A stretch of DNA of 64,000 nt from Octopus sinensis (taxonomy: Eukaryota), in NCBI RefSeq assembly GCF_006345805.1, contig NC_043018.1, positions 25,234,001-25,298,000 of the forward strand. Reading direction: 5' to 3'. Position numbers and translations under genes: made by a program. Under the pieces are notes generated by a model. That model was not told where the DNA came from, searched no databases, and saw only the letters and a program-made list of their open reading frames with translations. Positions 41,628-52,377 of the stretch are shown here, one piece after another; position 1 is the stretch's first letter, and each line of letters opens with the position of its first letter.

Positions 41628-41744
41628 CAAGAGCAGCTGCAGGAAGAGACATTAGAGTCGAAATGCTGCCAGATTAGAACTGACACTTTGAATAAACAGA
41701 AAAAAGATCTGCAAGAGAGATACGAGACCTACACAAAAATACTG
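41628..41744 (+). CDS. CCDC172: CCDC172-like exon 3 (QEQLQEETLESKCCQIRTDTLNKQKKDLQERYETYTKIL)
   Basis: Acceptor tttcttcttccag, donor CTG|GTTTGT, 117 nt, phase 0 to 0, coiled-coil composition. Confidence 0.85.
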
Positions 41745-41984
41745 GTTTGTTTATTAAACTAGCTATATAAATTTGTGTGTGTGTGTGTGTAAAAGGCGAA
41801 TCAGATTGAGTCTGTTTTTTGCCAAAAGGTAACTTAGCTGTTTGATTGATAGAGGTCGATAAAATATATGCTAGGCTTCAGTAGATACTGGGTCAGATCT
41901 GATTGACTAAAATCCCTCAGGAGCAGTACCGTAGCACATGCCGGCAGTCATATGACTGAAACTAGTAAAAGAATTATATATATA

Positions 41985-42180
41985 TAACGGAGATTTACTT
42001 GCATAGCGAGTAACTTGATCTGAGATCATGTGCTGGAATGAAAACAATTGCAGCATGGAAGGTGTTTATAAGCCATTTAAGAAACACACAAAAACCATTA
42101 GATTCACGTCAACATTTAAATTTAATTTGTCAAAATATTTTCGTCGCTTTCAGACCGCGACCTGTTCACTGACAAAGCTT
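41985..42180 (-). mobile_element. Penelope-like element terminal remnant
   Basis: Abuts (TA)n and contains a hammerhead-like fold. PLE assignment is inferred from that association. Confidence 0.45.
42126..42176 (-). ncRNA. Minimal type-I hammerhead-like motif with G3-C8 swapped core
   Basis: Minus strand: stem I UUUGUCA/UGACAAA, core GUGAACA plus one extra G, stem II GUCGC/GCGAC, GAAA, palindromic AUAU, UU site. Confidence 0.5.
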
Positions 42181-42984
42181 CGTATCATATAAATAAATTA
42201 TTCATACATACATTTTCCTTCTTTCAATATATATATATATATATGATTCTGTCCAACCTATGTGAAGTGGTTGGTGTTAGGAAGGGCATCCATCCATAGA
42301 AACCATGCCAGACCAAACAATGGAGCCTGATGCATTCCCTGGCCTTACCAGCTCTGGTCAAATTGTCCAACTTATGCCAGCATGAAAAATGAGCGTTAAA
42401 TGATGATGATGATGATATATGCCCCCAGCATGGCCACAGTCTAATAACTGAAACATACAAAAGAAAAAAAAAACAGACACTCTTATTCTCACACATGAAC
42501 ACCAAACCATTCCATGTAATCATTAAACAATTTGATCTTGTGCTCTCTGGAGAGTTCTTTATTTATATTTTCTCTCTAGTTTATATTTAACTCCTTAACT
42601 ACCAAAGATAAGAAGTCTTAGATTTCAAAGAAATACGGTCGTCTGCTCCCAAAGAAATGCAGTCTTTTCTTTCTGTTGTTGGTTCTTTGTTAGCATTGAA
42701 TTCCTACAGATAACCCGTCCCGGACTTGGTTTCTCAGACAAAGTCGAAAGGTATTTTTATGTTGAGAATATAGGCAACCGTTTCTTTACCTTCTTGGAAT
42801 CTGGTTTGTGTATTTACGCCTGTGATAGTTTCACATGTGATGCATGCAGCCAATTTCTTTACACACACACACACACCATATTTGCCTTACACTAAGTCTA
42901 CTTTTTTTTTCTTTGCTCCTCTCTTTCTCCTCCTACTCTCTACACAGTGTAACAAATCATATATGACATATATATTCTTTACTC

Positions 42985-43385
42985 TCTTTTTACTCTTTAA
43001 CTTGTTTCAGTCATTTCACTGCGGCCATGCTGGAGCACCGCCTTTAATCGAGCAACTCGACCCCGGCACTTATTCTTTGTAAGCCCAGTACTTATTCTAT
43101 CGGTCTGTTTTGCCGAACCGCTAAGTGACGGGGACATAAACACACCAGCATCGGTTGTCAAGCAATGCTAGGGAGACAAACACACACACGCATATATATG
43201 TATATATATATATATACATATATACGACGGGCTTCTTTCAGTTTCCATCTACCAAATCCACTCACAAGGCTTTGGTCAGCCCGAGGCTATAGTAGAAGAC
43301 ACTTGCCCAAGGTGCCACGCAGTGGGACTGAACCCAGAACCATGTGGTGGGTAAACAAGCTACTTACCACACAGCCACTCCTGCA
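42985..43385 (-). mobile_element. SINE family A near-consensus copy (intron 3)
   Basis: Full length, minus strand. Confidence 0.85.
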
Positions 43386-43526
43386 CATATATACACACGT
43401 GTGTGTTTGTAATAAAATATAGATATATAAGTTCAGCAAAATTTAGATTCAAATGAATATGGTACTTAAGTTAGATGCACCAGAATTTTGTATGGTGTTA
43501 TCCATATAAATCCATGGGGTGATTAT

Positions 43527-43737
43527 AATCAAAATAAGCAACAAGAATATCTCCGGTAATTTGGTACGATCGTTTCATGCTACATCATTTTATTAAATAT
43601 TGTAAGTATTACAACAGTTTTAAAATGATTGCTCAACATTTTAAAACTGTTGTAATACTTACAATATTTAATAAAATGATGTAGTGTGAAACGATCGTAC
43701 CAAATTACCAGAGATATTCTTGTTGCTTATTTTGATT
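43527..43737. repeat. Near-perfect palindrome, 101-bp arms, 9-nt spacer
   Basis: Arms 43527-43627 and 43637-43737 differ at only three positions. Confidence 0.95.
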
Positions 43738-43738
43738 T

Positions 43739-43772
<34 letters not shown>

Positions 43773-44351
43773 ATATAATCATCGTCATTTCAATATATAT
43801 TGCACCATCATCATTTTGCAAGTGCAAAATTTATGTAACCACGATATTCTGTGGAAGGTTTGTAAAATGTACAATAGCACTATGTAATTTATGATGTATA
43901 CATCAGTGCAGACATGTAAAATAATTTATTAAAACACTAAAACAAATTTTGCATGATGTTGACTGCAAAACGGCTGTCATCCTATAGATATCAACTGGTG
44001 AAATATATTTATCTTATACCTCCTCACTTCTCTATATATATATGTTGTATGAGTTTGATATTTTCCAAAATTGGATTTGTTTCAATAAATTGATGTCTAT
44101 ATGTCAATTTCTCCATTTTCTCCTTTTCCTTATATATATATATATATATAAATTTGACATGGGTGATTCTCTCTTGTCTTGGGATTCACAGTCAAACAGC
44201 TGGGTGGAATTGCACAAAAAATTACACAGTTGTGTAATCAGCTAATGAAAAATTCACTATGACTCAAGCAACCAATTCAAATTGATAATAATGGAATTCG
44301 ACAGTGACAAGAGTCATAGGAATCCATAAAAGCAGCATATATATATAGTGA

Positions 44352-44547
44352 CCGCGTGTGTACCGTTGGCGATTTTTTTTCTTCCGTCTTCCCTTCTCTG
44401 GATCTTTCCTTCTCCTATGTTTTCGACGAAGAGCTCCGCTTGAAACCTTAAACCCTCCTTCTTCCCTTCCTTCCTGAGCGTCCAATAATACTATATTTGT
44501 TCCACATCCTCGCGTTATGTTTTCTCTTTGTGTTTTCATGTTTGGAT

Positions 44548-44550
<3 letters not shown>
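44352..44550 (+). mobile_element. Penelope-like element terminal remnant (decayed hammerhead-like motif 44419-44453)
   Basis: gttttcgacgaagagctccgcttgaaaccttaaac, flanked by (TA)n tracts. Confidence 0.4.
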
Positions 44551-44600
<50 letters not shown>

Positions 44601-45709
44601 GTTATATCCTTAAGCATGGGCCCCCAGCTCTGTTTGCCCTAGTTTGCCTTTGACAAACCTTCAATATTATCACTTGAACTATTTCAAACAACAGCCAAAT
44701 TTTCTTCAAAGAAGACCTTACTGTCTTAAAAGAAAAACATTAAAAACACATTGGATAATGGAATCCTAGATATATTATGTCTGAATGAAAGATATTTGCA
44801 ACTGGAACATCTTTTGATCAAAACCGGTTCTACTTCCTGTTTCACAGTTCGCTTGTTGCTCTGAGAAAAGATCTCCATTCAACTGTAAAAAACAACTACT
44901 GAAATAACTCAACCATCCCAGCCATGCAAGCATGGAAACAGTATGCAGGCAGTACCACCGGCAGAGACAGGCATCATCATCATCGTCATATATCCGCTTT
45001 TCCATGCTAGCATAGATCGGATGAGTTGCCTTAGCCGGAATCCTTTTTCAGAGTTACTATACTGCTATATCTATATCCAATATCCATACCTGTCTAACAG
45101 TCTGTAGATAGAGACAGAGATAGATAGATAGATAGATATCTTTTCATTTGTTTTAGTCATTAGACTGCGACCATACTGGAGCACTACCTCAAAGGTTTTT
45201 ATTTGAACAAATTGCCCCCTGTACTTCTGTTTTTTTTAAAAGTCTGGCACTTATTCTATTGGTGTCTCTTGCCGAACTGCTAAGTTACAGGTGATTGGTG
45301 GGGTATGGTAGACATGAAGATACACTGATAGATGCATACATACATATATACACATATATGTATATATATATATATACACATATAGATGTATGTATGTATA
45401 TTCTGGACTCTCCCATTGTTAAATGACGTATGAGGGTTCAGTAATTTCTTGCTGAACAACCTCACAGATGATTTGTTTACAGTTATGAAATGCTTGCATA
45501 TACATATGCTCACTCTCTCTCTGTCAAATCGACATTACCTGTACAGGTGCACCATGTGTCACATGTCACATGGTGAACTGATCACAGAGCAACATGAAAT
45601 GAAGTGCTTTGCTCAAAAACGCAATACAATGCCCGGTCTGGGAATGAAAACCACAATCTCACAATCGTGAGCGTGAGTGCAACACCTTAACCACTAAGCC
45701 ATACTCCTT

Positions 45710-45739
45710 TATATATGTTTATATATATATAAATATATG

Positions 45740-45771
<32 letters not shown>

Positions 45772-45787
45772 ATGTATATATATAATG

Positions 45788-45829
<42 letters not shown>

Positions 45830-45869
45830 TATATATATAATGTATATATATATAATGTATATATATATG

Positions 45870-45915
<46 letters not shown>

Positions 45916-45974
45916 ATATATATAATGTATATATATATATATATATAATGTATAATATATATATAATATATATG

Positions 45975-46009
<35 letters not shown>

Positions 46010-46552
46010 GTATATATATATGTATATATGTATATATATATATATGTAATATATTATATATAATGTATATATATATATATATATGTATATATATAATATA
46101 TATATATATGTAATATATATTATATATATATGTATATATATATATGTATATGTATATATATATATGTATATGTATATATATATATGTATATATATTATAT
46201 ATATATATGTTATATATATATATATGTGTATATATGTATATGTATATATGTATATGTATATATATATATATGTATATATATGTATATATATATATATATT
46301 ATATATATATAGTATATGTATATATATGTATAATGTATATATATATTATATGTATATATATGTATATGTATATATGTATATGTATATATAATATATATGT
46401 AATATATATATATATGTATATATATAGATATGTATATATATGTATGTATATATATGTATAGTATATATATATATGTATATATATGATATGTATATATATT
46501 ATATGTATATAGTATGTATATATATATATATGTATATATATATGTATATATG

Positions 46553-46585
<33 letters not shown>

Positions 46586-46615
46586 GTATATATTTATATA
46601 TATGTATATATAATA

Positions 46616-46660
<45 letters not shown>

Positions 46661-47039
46661 GTTATATATATGTGTTATATATGTGTATATATTGTGTATA
46701 TATATATGTATATGTGTATATATATATGTATATATATATGTATATATATGTATATATATGTGTATATATATGTATATATATGTGTATATATATGTATATA
46801 TATGTGTATATATATGTATATATATGTGTATATATATGTATATATATGTATATATATATGTGTATATATATGTATATATATGTGTATATATATGTATATA
46901 TATGTATATATATATGTAATATTATATGTTATATATATGTATATATATGTATATATATATGTATATATATATGTATATATATATGTAATATATATGTATA
47001 TATATATATATGTATATATATAATGTATATATATATGTA

Positions 47040-47078
<39 letters not shown>

Positions 47079-47197
47079 TATTATATATGATATATATATA
47101 TACATATATATATATGTGTGTATATATGTGTATGTATATGTGTGTATATATGTCTGTATATATATATATATGTATATATATAATATATATATATAAA
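45710..47197. repeat. ~1.5 kb compound (TA)n/(TATG)n microsatellite in intron 3
   Basis: Direct reading. Other large AT tracts at 22400-22740, 28545-28875 and 62290-62960. Confidence 0.95.
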
Positions 47198-47460
47198 TAC
47201 AAACTGGGACAAGAACGCATAACGTTTAGAAGACGATACAAAAAACATGGACGGGACATTCGAAGCCTTTAATCTTCAGTCAAGAACCGGATCATCCTCG
47301 CAATTTCGGCTGATTAATCTTGAGATTGCTCCGATCTGGCCAGTCACAAGGAAAAACTAAGCTAAGCGCATTAGATTCTTTGGAAAAAAGCTGCGAATGT
47401 ATACAAAAGAAGGATGGAAAATGGACGATGTTACACGAATATGAATACAAAAATAATACA
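47198..47460 (-). mobile_element. Probable Penelope-like terminal remnant at the end of the giant AT microsatellite
   Basis: CpG-rich non-SINE block abutting (TA)n, with CTGAAGA...CGAA motif on the minus strand. Confidence 0.3.
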
Positions 47461-47778
47461 TAAAAACAACAACAATAATAATAATAATAGTTGTGATGCT
47501 CAAGAACACGCCACCAGTCCAGGAGTCGAAACCAAATTCATATGATCATGAGTCGAATACCCTAACCACTAAGACAGACTTAGGTATATAACTGTCTGTC
47601 TATTTATCTACTTGTCTGTCTATCTTTCTATCCTTTTGTTTATTCCTGTGTCTATATGTTGTATTATTGTACCACTGTATCACTCTGTATTACCTGTACG
47701 CTACACTTGTACCATTGTAACACGTCACAACACTAGTTCGTACCACTGTACTCTACCTCTGTGTCTTTCTATCACTAG

Positions 47779-47944
47779 AACAACACCAAACAACAGTGGC
47801 GCCAGGAGTTTGTGGAGTTCTGTAATGAGGTGCCAATCTTCCTCAATACACATGGCCTGATGGCTTCTACCAGGAAAAATGGTAACGTTGCCATCAAGAG
47901 AGAAATGGAGAAACTTCTTGAAGAAGAAAAACTTTTGAAAACCA
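47779..47944 (+). CDS. CCDC172: CCDC172-like exon 4 (NNTKQQWRQEFVEFCNEVPIFLNTHGL...EKLLEEEKLLKT)
   Basis: Acceptor tctttctatcactag, donor CCA|GTAAGT, 166 nt, phase 0 to 1. Resembles recalled human EDKFIKEITDFNNDYEI region. Confidence 0.85.
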
Positions 47945-48009
47945 GTAAGTTTAACATAAGACTGTTTTAAATCCATTAAACTTGTCTGTATTTCTCATAA
48001 GATATTATG

Positions 48010-48440
48010 TACAAGGGGTGTTGAAAAGTTCCTGGGTTTAAGGATATCACACAAGGCCTGGTTGGAGGGCCATCCTTTCAAGTTCTTTTACAGGGCTTAG
48101 AAAAACTGAAGGACCACTGCAATAAGTGTGTGAATTTGGTGAGCTGGCAGAAATGTTAGCATGCTGGGCAAAATGCTTAGTAGTATTACATCTGCCTTTA
48201 CGTTCTGAGTTCAAATTCCACTGAGGTCGACTTTACCTTTCATACTTTCAGGACCAATGAATTAAGTGCCAGTTGCGTTCTGGGCTTGATCTTATTGACT
48301 GGCCCCCTCCCCCAAAATTTCGGGCCTTGTGTCTAGAGTAAAAAAGAATAAGTGTGTGAATCTGAGAAGGGAATATGTTAAATAAAATCATAATTAATTG
48401 ATCCTCCTGTATTTCTTTCACCCAAAGGCAAAAACTTTCC
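48010..48440 (+). mobile_element. Second mariner-derived MITE, interrupted by SINE-C (48136-48346, 15-bp TSD AATAAGTGTGTGAAT)
   Basis: Homologous to 39758-39982. TSD at 48121-48135 and 48347-48361. Confidence 0.75.
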
Positions 48441-49390
48441 CCTTCCCCACCGATATAATGTTACCATTTCCCCAATTCTAGCAGAACTGTTTGCGTGCCA
48501 AACAATATGCTTGGTGATATTTTATTTGTCTTTAACGTTCTGAGTTCAAATTCCACCATGGTCAACAGTCCCATCCATCCTTTTGGATTCGATGAAATAA
48601 GTACCAGCTGAGTACTGGGGTGGAGTGGAGTGGGTGTCAATGTAATTGACTCCCCTCCTTTCCCCAAATTTCAGGCTTTGTTCCTAGAGTAGAAAGAACT
48701 ATTTTCCCCTCCTGTATTATACTTTCCTTTTCTGTTTCAGTAAAGGGTTTTTTAATTGTTAACTGAATACTTTCTATATAAAGCTGATCCCTATTTATGT
48801 TGAAACCCTAGTTTGTTTTAACAGGAGGTCTACAACTGCCACCAACCAATGGACTGAGACTTAAAACAGAAAGTACACAGGCACAAGTGTGGCTGTGTGG
48901 TAAGAAGCTTGCTTCTCAGCCACATGGTTCTGGGTTCAGTCCCACTATGTGGCACCTTGGCTAAGTGTCTTCTATAGCCTTGGGTTGATCAAAGCCTTGT
49001 GAATGGATTTGGTAGACAGAAACTGAAAGAAGCTCATCATATGTGTGTGTGTGTGTGTATGTGTTTGTCTCCCACCACTTCCTGACGACCAGTGACATTT
49101 AATGTCCATTTTCCATGCTGGCATGGATTGGATGGCTTGACAGGAACTAGCAAGGCCAGGGGCCCACTCCAGGTTTCATAGTTTTTTGGCTTGGTTTCTA
49201 TGGATACTGGATGCCCTTCCTAATACCAACCACTCAACAGTATACAGGGTACTTTTTATGTGGTACCATCACCTGTGCTTTTTACTTGGTACCAACACCC
49301 ACACCAATCCCTCCATGAAATATGTCCCTCTTCTAAATCTTTCAATCTCCCTAAAAATCCATCACAATTTTTCTTTCTGTTATGTAAAAG

Positions 49391-49492
49391 AATTGAAGAA
49401 TTATGAAGATATTTCAGAGAAGTTGAAGGATTTAAATAACCAATACCAACAGCACCAACATCAACTTGAAGAACAAGACAAAGCATTTGATG
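49391..49492 (+). CDS. CCDC172: CCDC172-like exon 5 (K-LKNYEDISEKLKDLNNQYQQHQHQLEEQDKAFD)
   Basis: Acceptor ttttctttctgttatgtaaaag, donor ATG|GTAAGT, 102 nt, phase 1 to 1, open frame. Confidence 0.8.
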
Positions 49493-50628
49493 GTAAGTTC
49501 TACCTTTTTTGCTCACAACTTGCGTCATAGATACAGGTCACATGCTCAAAGACACATCCAAATACTCCTCATTTAATGTCCAATTTTCTGTGCTTACATT
49601 GGATCAGATGGAATTTGTTGAGGCAGATTTCTCTATAGCTGGATGCCCTTCCTGTTGCCAACCCTCATTCGTTTCCAAGCAACATTATTTGTATGATGGT
49701 GATGCTCCTTCATAATCATCATGTGATGTTAGGACAAGGGTACACATACTCACATATGCACTCACACATATATGACAAACTTGTTTCAGTTTCTGTCTGT
49801 CTATCTATCTGACTATTTGTCTGTCTGTCTAATCATTTGTTTAATCATCTATCTGTCTAATTATCAATCTGCCTAATCATCTATCTAATTATCTTATTTC
49901 TTTATTGCCCACAAAGGGCTAAACACAGAGGGGACAAACAAGGACAGACAAAGGGATTAAGCCGTAACTGGTACATATTTAATCGACCCCGAAAGGATGA
50001 AAGGCAAAGTTGACCTCAGAACATAGTAGCAGACGAAATACTGCTAAGCATTTCGCCTGGCGTGCTAACATTTCTGCCAGCTTACCACCTTTATATCTGT
50101 TTAATTATCTATCTGTCTAATCATCTGCCTGTCTATAATCATCTGTCTATTTATCTATATAAGCATGGCTGTGTGGTTAAGAAGCTTGCTTCCCACCCAT
50201 GTAGTCTTGGGTTCAGTCCCACTTGTGGCACCTTGGGCAAGTGTTTTCTGCTCTAGACCTTAGCTGGCCAAGTCTTTGTGCATTGATTTGATGGACAGAA
50301 ACTGAAACCAGCTTGGTGTGTGTGTGTGTGCAGGTATACCCTTGTCCTGAGATCACATTATAGTTATGAACAAGCATCACTATCATACAAATGGTGTTGT
50401 TTGGAAATGGGGGAGGGTTGGCAACAGGAAGAAAATCTGTCTCAACAAATAAATATAAGTTGTTTTTTTTTGTTTCCTACACCATAATACCAAAGAAAAG
50501 ATAAGCCAGTATTATACATGAGACAGTTTCCATATAACAGTCTGCTATGATATTCACCTAAAGTAGTAAATGCTAAGCTAAATTGATTAATAATTGGTTA
50601 TTGGGTGTTTTAATCTCATCAATTACAG

Positions 50629-50731
50629 AGCTGAAGCGGGAGAAGGAGATGTACACTGACAAGTTACAGAAGTTAACTAAAGAAAAACGTGAAGTTGACT
50701 GCAAACCCAAAACCGATCCCTACTTCCTTGG
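50629..50731 (+). CDS. CCDC172: CCDC172-like exon 6 (E-LKREKEMYTDKLQKLTKEKREVDCKPKTDPYFL)
   Basis: Acceptor ctcatcaattacag, donor TGG|GTAAGA, 103 nt, phase 1 to 2. KPKTDP resembles recalled human KPQND. Confidence 0.85.
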
Positions 50732-51909
50732 GTAAGATTGTAATTGTTATTTTCGCTGTCCCTTCTCAAATGTATCAACAGGTTTGGTTTAGAGTTAATT
50801 TTAAATTTCACTTTTCTTATAATTGTAGAACCATTTAGACATAATTTTTAATAATGATGATGATTATAATCCGTTCTGCTATAGGCATAAGGCCTGAAAT
50901 TTGGTGGGGAGAGGGTAAGTCAATCATATTAAACCCCCTACCGGTGGTCAACTGGCACTTATTTTATCGACCCCAAAAGGATGAAAGGCAAAGTCAATCT
51001 CGGCGGAATTTGAACTCGGAACATAAAGATGGACAAAATACCGCTAAGCATTTCGCCCAGCATGTTAACAATTCTGCTAGCTCGCCAATTCTTTCTACTG
51101 AGATTTTTGGAGGGTGAGCAAGTTGACTGCATCAACCCCAGTGCTCAACTGCTATTCATTTTATCGACCTTGGTGGAATTTGAACTCAGAAAAAAAATGC
51201 TGTCTGATGTGTTAATGATTCTGCCAGTTTCCCACCTGGCACAAAGTCCAAAATTTTGTGAGAAGGGGTCAGTTGATCACATTGACCCCAGTATATGACT
51301 GGTACCTATTTTATCGACATCGAGAGAATGGAAGGCAAAGTTGGCCTGGGGATGTGGGCTCAGTATGCCATGAGTCAAGAAATGCCTCTAAGCACTTTGT
51401 CCGACCTTTCAAGTGTTGGGCCTCACAGAGGCAAAGTGGCTGAAGTCCTTTTGAGTGTTGGGCCTCACAGAGGCAAAGTTCCTTTCTAGTGTTGGGCCTC
51501 AGGGAGGCAAAGTGGCTGAGTTCCTATTTGATTTCTGAATAGAAGCAAATAGGAAATAACACTTACTGACCAAAGACAAAATGAAAATTAAAATTTTGTT
51601 ATTAGTAATAATAATAATAATAATGGATTTATCCTGTACTACAAGATAAATTTTCCCTTTTCCTTTTCATCCTCATTATCTAGGACTGTGCTAAGACACG
51701 GGCACACTGCGCAAGTTACTCCGGTTCCCCTCTTTCCCTGGGTCTAAGGGAATTTTGATCTACATATACTGTGGCTTGCTGTCAATAAATATATACTACA
51801 GGGTCCAGTACGTTAATTTGCCTATAATGATCCTAAGAGGGTCCTATCATTTACCACCATCACCACCTTCATCGTCAACGCTATCATCATGTTCAATGTT
51901 GTATTTCAG

Positions 51910-52051
51910 ACTACATAGTGAGACTGTGAATCAACAGAGGGAGTATGACCACTTGAGGAAACAGTGGGAGCAGAAAATCTTGCAGTTGAAGCATCTTCAA
52001 CAAAAACACAGCAAAAACAAGTCTAAATTAGCCAAACCTACATTAAAATGA
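51910..52051 (+). CDS. CCDC172: CCDC172-like terminal exon 7 (G-LHSETVNQQREYDHLRKQWEQKILQLKHLQQKHSKNKSKLAKPTLK*)
   Basis: Acceptor gttgtatttcag, phase 2, TGA at 52049-52051. A short SINE-tail remnant (gcagtgctccagca..actgaaacaagtaaaag) follows immediately. Confidence 0.8.
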
Positions 52052-52141
52052 ATGCAGTGCTCCAGCAAATTACTGAAACAAGTAAAAGAATGAAAGAATA
52101 TCTAATTTATTTATTGTACTTCCTCTATATCTCATATATAG

Positions 52142-52173
<32 letters not shown>

Positions 52174-52186
52174 GTGTGTGTGTGTT

Positions 52187-52214
<28 letters not shown>

Positions 52215-52217
<3 letters not shown>

Positions 52218-52377
52218 GCTTTATTAAAAAGCAGCAAAAATATCCCAAAAACTGCTACTCAGTCTCATGTTCCTGTTGGTCGGACAGTTTTGATTCTAAA
52301 CAAAACTGTCCGATGAACGGGAACGTGAAACTCTAACAGTTTCTGTGATATTTTTTGCTGCTTTTTAATAAAGCATA
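52215..52377. mobile_element. Inverted pair of Penelope-like terminal fragments forming a ~160 bp palindrome
   Basis: Arms tatgctttattaaaaagcagc.../...gctgctttttaataaagcata. Central stem tcggacagttttg/caaaactgtccga with 8-nt loop. Adjacent to (TA)n. A related decayed arm lies at ~25545-25612. Confidence 0.6.
52303..52342 (+). ncRNA. Minimal type-I hammerhead-ribozyme-like motif (U4C variant) in a PLE-like remnant
   Basis: Stem I AAACUGU/ACAGUUU, core CCGAUGA, stem II ACG-GGAA-CGU, GAAA, CUC, UA cleavage site after 52335. Confidence 0.6.

Noticed and set aside
42020-42045. TGAGATCAT bantam-like seed
   Set aside because: Only the seed matches, it lies in a PLE-like repeat, and there is no pre-miRNA hairpin.
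47255-47300. CTGAAGA...CGAAT on the minus strand as a fourth hammerhead
   Set aside because: No stem II can form between the core halves and GAAA is GAAU, so it does not meet the fold.
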